This document shows positions 13,582 through 25,298 of a DNA stretch of 64,000 nt, in pieces. Both the position numbers and the translations under genes were made by a program. The stretch's first letter is position 1; each line of letters opens with the position of its first letter. Source of the DNA: Octopus sinensis (lineage: Eukaryota); the NCBI RefSeq assembly GCF_006345805.1, contig NC_043007.1:77376001-77440000 (forward strand), in the 5' to 3' direction. The notes beneath the pieces are model-generated. The model searched no databases, had not been told where the DNA came from, and saw nothing but the letters and a program-made list of their open reading frames with translations.

Positions 13582-13596
13582 GGTTGAGAACCACTG
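13582..13596 (-). mobile_element. Solo hAT-like TIR
   Basis: Minus strand CAGTGGTTCTCAACC. Only one end seen. Confidence 0.35.
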
Positions 13597-13622
13597 ATAT
13601 AGACTTTAATATACAATAAGCC

Positions 13623-13836
13623 AAGGCGGCGAGCTGGCAGAATCGTTATCACGCACCGGACAAAATGCTTAGCTGCATTTTATCCATCTTTGCTTTCTGA
13701 GTGCAAATTCCGCCAAGGTCTACTTGGCCTTTCATCCTTTCGGGGTCGATATAATATGAACCAGCTGAGCAGGTTGCTGTAATAGTCTTACCCTATTCTC
13801 CTGAAATTGCTGGCCCTTCGCCGAAATTTCAAACCA
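13623..13836 (+). mobile_element. SINE family B (short-tail variant)
   Basis: AAGGCGGCGAGCTGGCAGAATCGTT head and GCCTTTCATCCTTTCGGGGTCGAT core. Confidence 0.85.
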
Positions 13837-13951
13837 ATAAAGCCAGGATCGTGATTGTTAGAACTCTCGGGAATAAAATAGCAACAATATATTAAAAAAA
13901 AGCAAAAACAAAAAAGCAGCAACAATAATACAATATGAACAAGAAAATATA

Positions 13952-14372
13952 TATTTCTTTACTACCCACAAGGGGCTAAATATAGAGAGGACAAACGAGG
14001 ACAGACAAAGGGATTAAGTCGATTACATTGACCCCAGTGCTTAACTGGTACTTTATTTATCGACCCCGAGAGGATGAAAGGCAAAGTCGACCTCGGTGGA
14101 ATTTGAACTCAGAACGTAACGACAGACGAAATACGTACCTATTTCTTTACTACCCACAAGGGTCTAAACACAGAGAGGACAAACAAGGACAGACAAACGG
14201 ATTAAGTCGATTACATCGACTCCAGTGCGAAACTGGTACTTTATTTATCGACCCCGAGAGGATGAAAGGTAAAGTCGACCTCGGCGGAATTTGAACTCAG
14301 AACGTAACGACGGACAAAATACCGCTAAGCATTTCGCCCGGCGCGTTAACGATTCTGCCAGCTCGCCGCCTC
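13952..14372 (-). mobile_element. SINE family B, dimeric body
   Basis: One head plus two tandem bodies. 17-bp TSD ATGAACAAGAAAATATA at 13935 and 14373. Confidence 0.92.
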
Positions 14373-14724
14373 ATGAACAAGAAAATATAGGGCCATCAGT
14401 GACTTCACTAACCCCCAAAACATTATAGTGAAACAACTGCAGGATAATAGCAACTGTCAAGCATTCCGATCACGTCAGAAAAGACAGAATTTTGCCCGGT
14501 AACGTAGGCTTGTCCTGAGTTTGACAGTTGGTTAGTCATAACATGTTACAGCTGTTACCTTTGTAATTCGAATGACCAACAAATGAGTCAGATATTTTGA
14601 CTGACAACTCTCTAGTCGGTTTCTATACATATATATCTTATCTATGTACTATTAGCAGCTGAGTCGAAATATTTTCAGGTATGTGCTCCAGGGAAAAAAA
14701 TAACACACTAATGTAAAGCATTAG

Positions 14725-15356
14725 TCTTTTTACTATAGGCACAAGAACTGAAATTTTGTGTGGGGTGGAGGCAGTCGATTACATCGGCCCCTGTGCTGAA
14801 ATGATACTTATGTCATCGATCCCAAATTGATGAAAGATAGAGTCGCCCTCATCGGCATTTGAACTCGGAACATAAAAATAACTCCTTCCCGAGTCATAGA
14901 CTCATAAGGCCGGTTTCCCAGTTTCTGTGGCGTAAATATTTTCCCGCTTCCCTGGATGGGGCGCTGGTCTATCGCAGGATTACTCATATTTGCCAGCTGA
15001 ATAGACTTGGGCAATTCACGGGAAATGAAGTGTTTAGCTAAAGAAAATAACGCATCAGCCGGTCCAGGAACTGAAACCACAATTTTACGATCATAAGTTC
15101 AACACCCTAACCACTAAGCCACACGACTCTACTTCCCTAAAGTAAGCATTGATCTTTTTATTATAGACACAAGGCCTGAAATTTTGTGATGGGGGAGAGT
15201 CAGTCGATTATATAGATCCCACTGCTGAACTCGTATTTATTTTATCGATTCTGAATGGATGAAAGACCGCGTGGAATTTGAAATCAGAACGTAAAACCGG
15301 AAGAAATGCTATTAAGTATTTTGTCCGGCGTCAAACGATTCTGCCAGATCGCTGCT
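14725..15356 (-). mobile_element. SINE cluster: B fragment (14725-14875), D (14876-15133), B (15155-15356)
   Basis: Homology to the family B and D copies elsewhere in the window. Confidence 0.8.
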
Positions 15357-15453
15357 TTTTTTTTCAAAGTTAACCTCAGTGGGATTTGTACTCGAAATTA
15401 AAATTAAGTAAAATCCCCAAGATAATTAGTTTATTGTACCTCCATAGCAGAAA

Positions 15454-16071
15454 CTCCATCACCTTAGCAACAACTAATGTAAGCATTATAGTATTTATCA
15501 TATCAACCAAAGTGCTGCTGCAGCTGAACCATGACGATGATGTATGAAACAATGTAGAGGTGATTCGAAACCAAATCGCTAGGTAACCAGTCATGCATCA
15601 CGACCGAACCACAGTAGTTTCATGTGATCGGTTTATTAAGCATCCACTCAGGGTCATGTCATCGTGTGATTCAATCTACTAGAATTTTCTTCTAGTACCT
15701 TTATAAAAAAGCAGTTTTTGGCGGTAATTTCAGTATGTTGTGGCTGCTGCGCGATGTATCTCCATCACCTTAGCAACAACTAATGTAAGCATTATAGTAT
15801 TTATCATATCAACCAAAGTGCTGCTGCAGCTGAACCATGACTATGATGTATGAAACAATGTAGAGGTGATTCGAAACCAAATCGCTAGGTAACCAGTCAT
15901 GCATCACGACCGAACCACAGTAGTTTCATGTGATCGGTTTATTAAGCAGCCACTCAGGGTCATGTCATCGTGTGATTCAATCTACTAGAATTTTCTTCTA
16001 GTACCTTTATAAAAAAGCAGTTTTGGGCGGTAATTTCAGTATGTTGTGGCAGCTGCGCGATGTATCTCCAT
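15454..16071. repeat. 306-bp tandem duplication (2 copies)
   Basis: Units start at 15454 and 15760. About 4 substitutions seen. CTCCAT at all three boundaries. Confidence 0.95.
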
Positions 16072-16939
16072 TCTTGCCATAGACAGACGACTTGGAAAAC
16101 GGTTACAGATACAGGTAGACAACAGATACAGGTAGACAACAGGGATCTACGTCGCCACGAATATAGCACAGTGGTTTTCAGTTCTGCTGGGTCAGCCACA
16201 TGTTGGTGAATCAGTAATCTTGCCGTAAACTCCAAGCAGTATATCTCTCTCAGTATGTAATTATTGTTGTTATTATTTATTTGTAAAAGACCAACACAAT
16301 TTAAATCTATGTGAAATAATAAAGTCTTCTGTTAAATGTTTGCGGGTGTTGTCAGTTACTTCTTCACGCAGCCCAAGAAACATATTTTCATTCATCAACT
16401 TTACTAGTCATTACCTGAGACCACCCAACAAACACTCTCACGATAAATGAATAACGAAATAGTACAGTGTTTTCATTATCTCGTCTCTGACATCTTCCCC
16501 TTCCTTATGTGCTCCACAGCGCTAAAGGAGTTTTGGGCTCAACATTGAGCATTCGTCTTTCGCCGTTGATTGCTTCCAATTAGTAAAATCAGAGACTTCA
16601 ACAAATCTACTAATACTAGATCTGGCTGGATCATAATTAACTGACAAAATAGATTACTTTCACAATGCTTGACCAACATGATATTACCCTGGTCAGTGAT
16701 ATATCTAGTTTTCGCCGAGAATGTTTAATCAAAACGTAAGATGCTATACAACTGAGCAAGTTTGTTCCTTTGCTGTTAGTCGTTCATCACTTTTTCCTCC
16801 AAGTGCAAACAGTAAAAGAGAGCATAATGTTCTGCATTTAAAACTTCTGCTCGTGTCTCTGTTATAATTCCATGCCTCATTACGAGAGAACAGGCTCAGG
16901 GCATTGCTGTTTACCATTTCAGACAATTCAACATTAACT

Positions 16940-17150
16940 ACTACTCCTCCTCCTCCTCCTCCTCTACCACCACCACCACACCACCACCACGACCACCACG
17001 ACCACCCCTCCTCCTCCTCCACAACCACCCCTCCTCCTCCTCCTCCACCACCACAACCACATCCTCCCCTCCCCCTATTCTTCTTCCTCCTCCTCCTCCT
17101 CCATCATGAGCGTCATGATCCTCACCATGATGATGATCATCAACAACACC
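16940..17150. repeat. (CCT)n/(CAC)n low-complexity tract
   Basis: Direct reading. Confidence 0.9.
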
Positions 17151-17154
17151 ATAA

Positions 17155-17535
17155 TTCAACGTCCGTTTTCTATGCGGGCACGGGCCAGGCGGTTTGACAA
17201 CAGTTGGCAACCAAGAGGACTGCATCAATCTCCACTACCTATTATGGCATTCTACAGCTGGATGCCCTTTCCTCACACCAATCACATTACTGAATGTACT
17301 GGGTGCTATTTTGTTTTTTTACGTGGCACCGACACTGGTGAGGTCACCAACAAACTTGCAAAAACACGACTCCTTCAGCTGAGGTAGAGAGAAATACTGA
17401 AGGAGACGGCTTTGTGACAGGCAATAAGAGATTGAAGTATGATTGAGGGACAGTCTACAGCTGGATGCCCTTTCTTCACACCAATCACATTATTGAATGT
17501 ACTGGGTGCTTTTTTTTTTACGTGGCACCGACACG
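17155..17535 (-). mobile_element. Retroposon fragment with internal ~80-bp duplication
   Basis: TCTACAGCTGGATGCCCTTT...ACGTGGCACCGACAC occurs at ~17252 and ~17454. The GGGCATCCAGCTGTAGA motif is typical of RTE-associated SINE/LINE UTRs (inference). Confidence 0.6.
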
Positions 17536-17540
17536 CATAC

Positions 17541-17575
<35 letters not shown>

Positions 17576-17590
17576 GTGCGTGCTTGTACA

Positions 17591-17798
17591 TAAGAGGGGA
17601 TGCTGAAAAGTTCCTGGCCTTGGGTAAAAGGAAATACAGGTGGATCAGTTAATCATGATTGTATCCAACGTATTTCCCTCTCAGATTCATATACTTATTG
17701 CAGCAGACCTTCAATTTTTCTAAGCCCTGTAGAAGAACTCGGAAAGTTGGGTTTCTAGCTAAAGCCTTTCGCGATACTCTTTAAAGCCAGTGATTTTT

Positions 17799-17804
<6 letters not shown>
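17591..17804. mobile_element. Mariner-type MITE
   Basis: Imperfect TIRs TGCTGAAAAGTTCCTGGCCTT / AAAGCCAGTGATTTTTCAGCA, with TA at the left end. Confidence 0.7.
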
Positions 17805-17837
<33 letters not shown>

Positions 17838-17867
17838 ACACACACACCACACACACAGACACACACA

Positions 17868-17922
<55 letters not shown>

Positions 17923-18309
17923 GCGCACATACGAATACAGCAACGCAGACGTTTATACTCGCCCCCACAAATAGACGTACACTTTGCATTATGGGATATC
18001 TAAATAAGCGAAAACTGATATCCAGCAAGTTTTATAGCTGGTGTCAAATAGATAAATCTACTGATTAAATCAGAGATTGCGTTGGAGGTGTTTGATGGAC
18101 ATGAAAACGAAACCCTGTGCTTGTTTAAACATATTGCACGACAAAAGTTATAAACAATTTTCACACAACAATCATATCTTATAAATCACAGCTATAATCT
18201 AAAATATGTTGGTATCAATGAAGTTCTTAGTAACGGTTGTTACATAAAGCAAATACCATATATAGGTGTGTGTCTGTGTGTCTTCGTGTGTGTGTTTGTG
18301 TGTGCGTGC

Positions 18310-18347
<38 letters not shown>

Positions 18348-18412
18348 CGGAGTAAGCATATAAATGTGAAACAAGGTAGAAAAAAGTGTACTCAAATACC
18401 AGAGGTAGATTA

Positions 18413-18525
18413 ATATGCTTTATTTAAAAGCAGCAGAAATATAACAAAAGCTGTTACTCAGAGTTTCACGTTCCCCTCTGATTAACAGCTTTTGTTATAT
18501 TTCTCCTGCTTTTAAATAAAGTATA
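18413..18525. repeat. Fold-back element (~43-bp arms) with half hammerhead in the loop
   Basis: GCTTTATTTAAAAGCAGCAGAAATATAACAAAAGCTGTTA and its inverse at 18483-18525. Confidence 0.85.
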
Positions 18526-18528
18526 CAT

Positions 18529-18575
<47 letters not shown>

Positions 18576-18734
18576 AGCCAAAGGGAGGAAGAAAATTTCA
18601 ATTATCTCCATGTGGTAAGTTGTAATGCAACAGTATATATATAAAATAAAAGATACATAAAGTAAGAAATAGAATATATAAAATACTCTTTCACTTATAT
18701 AATATATTAAAAAAATATTTTAAAATTATGTAAA

Positions 18735-18845
18735 CTGTGTGGTAAGAAGCTTGCTTTCCAATCACATGGTTCCAGGTTCACTCCCACTGCGTGACGCCTT
18801 CGGCAAAATGTCATCTACTATAACCTCGGGCCTTGTAAGTGGATT
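18735..18845 (+). mobile_element. SINE family A 5' fragment
   Basis: GTGTGGTAAGAAGCTTGC...GGTTCACTCCCACTGCGTG. Confidence 0.8.
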
Positions 18846-19204
18846 ACACACACACACACACACTCAAGAAGCTGGAATAAATGTGCTTTAATTAAAAATA
18901 CAATTATTTCCGTGAAGTGGTAACAGCTGTTAGCTGCTGAGTTTTTCGTTTCATACTATTTTCTTGAATAAATTCTATACGCTAACGGAGTTCCACATAT
19001 ATATCCAGCAGAAGATATACACTGCTGTATGATGGCAAATGGTAGCCGATAACGGTATAGAGGCTTTTAAATAAACGTTATGAGGTTATTGCACATACAC
19101 ACACACACACACATGTATATATATATATGTATATGTGGGTGTATATATATGTATATGTCTCTTTGTGTCTGTTTGTCCCTCAGCAATATTGTTTTCGTCT
19201 TAGG

Positions 19205-19425
19205 TCTTTGATCTGTTGGGAGCCCTAGGATGCATGAGGCCAGAATTAACACGGTTTCCGTGGTGTATAAGTGGCTAAAATTACAACACAAATCCCGGGA
19301 TAGGACGCTAGCCCCTCGCAGAGTTAACTCTCTAGTTATTGCTGGAACTTATTTACAGTTGAGTGGACTTCAGCAATGTGAAATAAAGGGTTTTGCTCAA
19401 GAATACAACGCACCATTTGATTTAG
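19205..19425 (-). mobile_element. SINE family D, degenerate
   Basis: TGAGTGGACT..AGCAATGTGAAAT..TTTTGCTCAAGAATACAACGCA similar to the 13245 copy. Confidence 0.65.
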
Positions 19426-19469
19426 GGATCATACACACACACATACATTCACACACATTCACTCACATT

Positions 19470-19845
19470 GGAAGCACCCCGTCGGTTACGACGATGAGGG
19501 TTCCGGTTGATCCGAATCAACGGAACAGCCTGCTCGTGAAATTAACGTGTAAGTGGCTGAGCACTCCACAGACACGTGTACCCTTAACGTAGTTCTCGGG
19601 GATATTCAGCGTGACACAGAGAGTGACAAGGCCGGCCCCTTGAAATACAGGTACAACAGAAACAGGAAGTAAGAGTGAGAGCAAGTTGTGGTGAAAGAGT
19701 ACAGCAGGGATCACCACCATCCCTTGCCAGAGCCTCGTGGAGCTTTTCGCTCAATAAACACTCACAACGCCCGGTCTGGGAATCGAAACCACGATCCTAT
19801 GACCGCGAGTCCGCTGCCCTAACCACTGGGCCATTGCGCCTCCAC
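19470..19845 (-). mobile_element. SINE family C
   Basis: Near-identical to the 28793 and 55976 copies. Confidence 0.92.
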
Positions 19846-20331
19846 TCACTCACATACACACACTCACATACATATGGATGGGTGTGTGCATGTGTGCGTA
19901 TGTATATATATTTCCGGCCTTGTGCCTATAGTAGGAAGGATTTAGACGTAATTTGGAGAAAAAAAATTGAGGAAGATTTGACATTTATCACTAGCAGATT
20001 GAATAACTACGTAGAGATTTATTGTGATGAATGTTGATGACATCACCAGAGTTTCTAGCATAAAGAAAGGTATTTCACAAACGAGACAATCAAACCGGAT
20101 TAAATGATGCAATAATTGCAAAATAAACAAATAAATAAATAAAATGTTAATTAAAGATTTGTCATATTGTTGTATGATGTTTTCGTGATTGTGATTCTTC
20201 TTCTTCTTCTCTCCTACAAATGTCTATTTTTAGAATAAGCAATCGGTTAATGAACTGTGAACAAAGGACAATGAAGAATGACAACTTCCATTATTAAAAA
20301 TTATTAAAAAATATATTGTAATAGTCATTCT

Positions 20332-20490
20332 CGCTGTTGTTGTTGTTATTATTATTATCATTATTATTATTATTATTATTATTGTTGTTGTTGTTGTTGT
20401 TGTTGTTATCATCATCATTATTATTATCATTATTATTATTATTATTATTATTGTTGTTGTTGTTGTTATTATTATTATTATATTATTATT

Positions 20491-20526
<36 letters not shown>

Positions 20527-20573
20527 GTTGTTGTTGTTGTTATCATTATTATTATTTTTGTTATTATTATTAC

Positions 20574-20667
<94 letters not shown>

Positions 20668-20677
20668 ATTATTGTTA

Positions 20678-20719
<42 letters not shown>

Positions 20720-20740
20720 TTATTATTATTATTATCATTA

Positions 20741-20797
<57 letters not shown>

Positions 20798-20886
20798 GCT
20801 AGTCTTTATAATCTCTTCATACGTCGCCCCGATTGCAGATAAAAAAATCCTCCTCCTCCTCATCATCATAATCATTATTATTATTA

Positions 20887-20936
<50 letters not shown>

Positions 20937-21180
20937 TTGATGTTGTTTGCTGTCTTTTCTGGTTATGAACTTTATCGTCATAAACATCATCATCGTCGTC
21001 TTCACCGTCGTTATCGTCACCATCATCATCGTCGTCGTCGTCATCATCATCATCATCATTGTCGTCGTCGTCGTCATCACCATCGCCGTCGCCGTCGTCG
21101 TCATCGTTGTTGTCGCCTTCATCATCCCCACCTTCATCATCCCCACCGTCGTAGTTCTCGTTATCATTAGTATTATTATT
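20332..21180. repeat. Long (TAT)n/(TGT)n then (CAT)n/(CGT)n microsatellite block
   Basis: Direct reading. Explains the 277-aa poly-L/Y/H ORF. Confidence 0.95.
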
Positions 21181-21423
21181 TATCTGGCTATATACATTAA
21201 GCCATATTGAAAACAATAAAATAAAAAAATATCAAAAGAGAAAAAAAACAATTAAATAAATACAAAGTTGAATAAAAATATTAAATAAAAATATAAAAAT
21301 AATAACAATAATAGGAAATTGGCCGGAAGCCTCATTCTGGTGTGGATGACTCTGACTCAAAGTGGAATGTTTTATTGAAACTTTGCAAAGAATACAGAAA
21401 TAAATAAAAGCATAAACCATTAT

Positions 21424-21582
21424 CTGGCGTTGCTGTGTGGTAAGAAGCTTGCTTTCCAGCTACATGGTTCCGGGTTCGGTTCCATTGCACGGCACCTTGG
21501 ACAAGTGTTTTCAGTTATAAGTTCGGGCAGACCAAAGCCTTATGAGTGAATTTTGTAGACGGAAACCAAAAGAAGCCCGTCA
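21424..21582 (+). mobile_element. SINE family A 5' half
   Basis: tRNA-like head through GTAGACGGAAACC..AGAAGCCCGTC, ending at the internal TA run. Confidence 0.85.
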
Positions 21583-21744
21583 TATATATGTATATATAAA
21601 ATAACAAAGGCGGCTAGACGCAATACAAGAACAAAAAGGAAAATTTCATTTGTCATGACTCTTGTTCCTAGAAATGTTGGTGCTTCCTCTACCCTCCGGT
21701 ACCCCCTTGATGTTTGTATATATATATATATATATATATATAGT

Positions 21745-21945
21745 AAATCTCAAAAAGAGCAAACACAAAAACAACAACGCGAGGACGTGGTACATGTAGT
21801 GTATTAACAGACGCCCATGAAAGGAAAGAAAGATGGTTTAATGTTTCGAGCAGACGCTCTTCTTCCGAAACAGAGGAAAGTCCAATAGAAGGGAAGACGG
21901 AGGAAGAAAATTGCGAACGATTCACATGTGGTTACATTTTGGAAT
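21745..21945 (-). mobile_element. Family E repeat with mutated hammerhead (21836-21871)
   Basis: Minus strand GTTT-CGGAAGA-A-GAGC(GTCT)GCTC-GAAA-CA-T-T-AAAC. Confidence 0.7.
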
Positions 21946-21984
21946 GGATATATGTACAGATCGCTAGCCACTGCACATTCTCTC

Positions 21985-22132
21985 CTTGTTTCTTTCTGTA
22001 TTCCTTTCTGTGGAAGAGCATAGGCTCGAAACATTAAAGACTTTTTCCCTTCCCGAGCGTTATACTAATATATCTGTTTGTTGTCTACACCACCTGTCTT
22101 CGTCTTTTGTTTTATTGTGTGACTTCTAGTTA
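21985..22132 (+). mobile_element. Family F repeat with mutated hammerhead (22004-22039)
   Basis: CTTT-CTGTGGA-A-GAGC(ATAG)GCTC-GAAA-CA-T-T-AAAG. Homologous to 29590-29740 (-) and 49500-49670 (+). Confidence 0.7.
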
Positions 22133-22148
22133 TATATATATATATATA

Positions 22149-22813
22149 TAAGGCAATTTAATAAAATTGAGAGGATAATCATCAATTTATATCTATTTAT
22201 TAATTGGTTACAATCATATGTATAAGTAATCAAAATAAACAAATGAAATAAGCAAAATGAGTAAAATTGAAACATGGTTTAACTCTCATAAGTTGTGGAA
22301 AATACTCCTGGAAGTGACTTTCTTTACCATAAGGTGCAATCCCATAGCTTATGCTTATCACCTTGGAATTGACGTTTTTAACCATCCCTTACAATTTCTA
22401 TTATGTTATTATTTTACTTTATTTCCTTATTTTATCTTACTTCCTCACATGTTAGATTCCTAACTTTATGGCCTCTCTGATGAAGCTTTGGGGCTCAATA
22501 ATTATCCAACCCCTGTTCAATATTTGTTCAACTTTTGTACAATCCCTGTATATTACTGGCATGATGTGGGAAACTTGGCAGATTGGACAACGCCATAGTA
22601 GAAACAGCTGTAGAGTTTAATATTTTTTCACTCATTTTTTCACTTATTCATTTATTTTTTATTTATCTATTTATTTACTTATTTACTTATTTCATTTGTT
22701 TATTTTGCTTACTAATACGTATGATTGTAATCAATTAATAAATAGATCTAAATGAATGTTTACAGGCTGATGTTTGTCGATTGATTATCCTCTCCATTTT
22801 CTTATTTGCCTTA
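22149..22813. mobile_element. Element with >100-bp imperfect terminal inverted repeats and an internal hammerhead-like motif
   Basis: TAAGGCAAT...GAGAGGATAATCA / TGATTATCCTCTC...TTGCCTTA. CTGATGA at 22477 and GAAACAGCTGTA at 22601. Confidence 0.7.
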
Positions 22814-23017
22814 TAAATTCTGGGTAAATTTGTTTTACCCCCACTCATACCTAGTATTCAATTGCGATACTGCCCTGCAACAGTAAGCACTTGGATATAA
22901 ATACATAGGTATACATCCAGTAGTATATTGGATATTTATTATCCCTTAGATGGTTGCTTAACCTCTAACTCATACAAACAACACACACACACACACACAC
23001 CACACACACATATTTGT

Positions 23018-23370
23018 GGCACTTCGATGACAAGGGTTCCAGTTGATCCGATCAACGGAACAGCCTGCTCGTGAAATTAACGTGCATGTGGCGGAGCACT
23101 CCGCAGACACGTGTACCCTTAATGTAGTTCTCGGAGAGATTTAGTGTGACAAGGCTGGCCCTTTGAAATACAGGTTCAGCAAAAACAGGAAGAAAGAGTG
23201 AAAGAAAGTTGTGGCGAAAGAGTACAGCAGGGTCGCCACCACCCCTACCCAAGCCTTATGGAATTTTAGGTGTTTTCGTTCAATAAACTCTCACAACTCC
23301 CGGTCTGGGAATCGAAACCGCAATCCTACGACCGCGAGTTCGCTGCCCGAACCACTGAGCCAATGCTCCT

Positions 23371-23374
<4 letters not shown>
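23018..23374 (-). mobile_element. SINE family C, diverged
   Basis: Homology to the other family C copies. Confidence 0.88.
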
Positions 23375-23409
<35 letters not shown>

Positions 23410-23439
23410 AACACACACACACAAACATATAAGAATCAG

Positions 23440-23605
23440 TGTTGGTGTAGTTACATTCTCATGACTTAGCGGTTCGGAAAAAGAGCACGATAGAATAAAT
23501 ACTTGGCTTTAAAAAAATGTACTGGTGTCGATTCATTCGGTCAAAATTCTTCAAGACGATGCTCCAGCATGGACGCAGTCTCATGACAGAAACAAGTAAA
23601 AGACA
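23440..23605 (+). mobile_element. SINE family A 3' fragment
   Basis: ACTTAGCGGTTCGG...GCTCCAGCATGG..GCAGTC...GAAACAAGTAAAAGA. Confidence 0.8.
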
Positions 23606-24056
23606 GAAAATACAAAAAGAAAGAAAAAAAGAATCAATGAATGGAACTCTCCAGCCTGTGAAGTCAAATTTGTAGATGAAGTTTAAAAGCAAACATAAAA
23701 CAACAAATAAACCAAGAAAAATAACCAAGAAAAAAAATAAAGAAAGTAAAATAAAAAACGAAAAATAAGCAAAAACTAAGGAGTTATGGGGCTTGAGTTG
23801 CGCATTGTCGAGTCTTTGGAAATGGGTCGATGATTCCAAACGTCTGATTCTACAACTAACAAAGACAATAATTTCTAAAAGTTCTGGCGAATAAACTGAA
23901 TTACCAAACCGTATAATGGAATCGGAGGAATATTTGTTCGCACTTGTATTGTGTGTGTGTCGGCGTGTGTATGCGTGTCTGTGAGCATGTGTTTGTGTGT
24001 GTTAGTGTATCTACGTTTATATTCGTGCTTATCACCGGTTGTGTATGTGTGTGTGC

Positions 24057-24090
<34 letters not shown>

Positions 24091-24429
24091 GTGTGTGTGT
24101 GTGTGTGTGTATGTGTGTGTGTGCCTGTGTGCGTGTGCCTGTATTGTGTGTATATATGTTCGAGAATGAGAATGTCTTTGCACACAAACACACACACACA
24201 CACACACACATACACGCACACACAAATCCAAAGTATGTATACCCAGAGATACACACATGCAAACATGTACATACCCGCAGATATATAGATGTGTGTCCTC
24301 GTGTGTGACTGTGCGTATACAAATGTCTACGTTAGTCTATGCTTCAAGCCTTCTCTGTAGTAGCGTTAGGACTAATTTTCCTATTGTTTAGGGTTTTCAC
24401 TCGCAAATGGCGACGATAATAAAAGGAAA

Positions 24430-24610
24430 AAGGCGGCAAGCTGGCAGAAACGTTAGCACGCCGGGCGAAATTTCGTCTGCCGCTACGTTCTGGGTTCAAA
24501 TTCCGCCGAGGTCGACTTTGCCTTTCATCCTATCGGGGTCGATTAAATAAGTACCAGTTACGCACTGGGGTCGATGCAATCGACTTAATCCGTTTGTCTG
24601 ACCTTGTAGG
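24430..24610 (+). mobile_element. SINE family B, internally deleted and 3' truncated
   Basis: AAGGCGGCAAGCTGGCAGAAACGTTAGCACGCC head plus body. Confidence 0.88.
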
Positions 24611-24970
24611 AAAATTATGATGGTTGACCGAGAATTCTGTTGAATACTTTACATCTAATCATTACTGTTCCTGTCAGCGCTTCGGTTTCGAATCCACTGA
24701 GGTAGCTTATCACTCCAATTAGAGCTTAAAAGGCCCCCAATGCGCTTTGCATCGTTTTGGCTTTCGAATGAAAGCGTATTGCGGTTAGCAAAGCGCGTTG
24801 TGGTCAGTGACGTACTACAAGATCTGATAGTATGGTCGATCACCATATATATATATATATATTAATATAATATATATATATATATATTATATTATATATA
24901 TATATATTATATATATATATATATCTATTTATATATTAGATATATATATACATGTAAATGCAATAGCCAT

Positions 24971-25031
24971 GATAAAACTCCGAGTTTCGGATGTCGAGGT
25001 GAAAAACCACGCCGCCATCTCTTCAGTTATC
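24971..25031 (-). ncRNA. Type I hammerhead ribozyme-like motif
   Basis: Minus strand GATAA-CTGAAGA-GATG...(TTTT loop)...CATC-C-GAAA-CTC(G)GAG-T-T-TTATC: intact core, 5-bp stem I, long stem II, near-palindromic helix III. Confidence 0.72.
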
Positions 25032-25298
25032 CGGCCATCGGAAAAATGCTATGAAAATGACCGTTATACAAAGGGAAATTACTGTGTGATTGACCGTTAT
25101 TAAGACATACCGTTTTTATCAATATATGTATATATGATTGATTGATTGATTCTAGTTTCAGCTCATGAGCTGTGGCCATGCTGGGGCACCGCCATATATA
25201 TATATATACACTTCTAATATAAAGATAAAATTTTCCCCCCCAAAAAATTGTATCAGTGGTCAGCATATTAAAATACTTTTCATAGTGAAAATATAAAC

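Noticed and set aside
20337-21170. 277-aa poly-L/Y/H ORF, and poly-D ORFs at 4382-4696 and 20884-21216
   Set aside because: Trinucleotide repeat artefacts.
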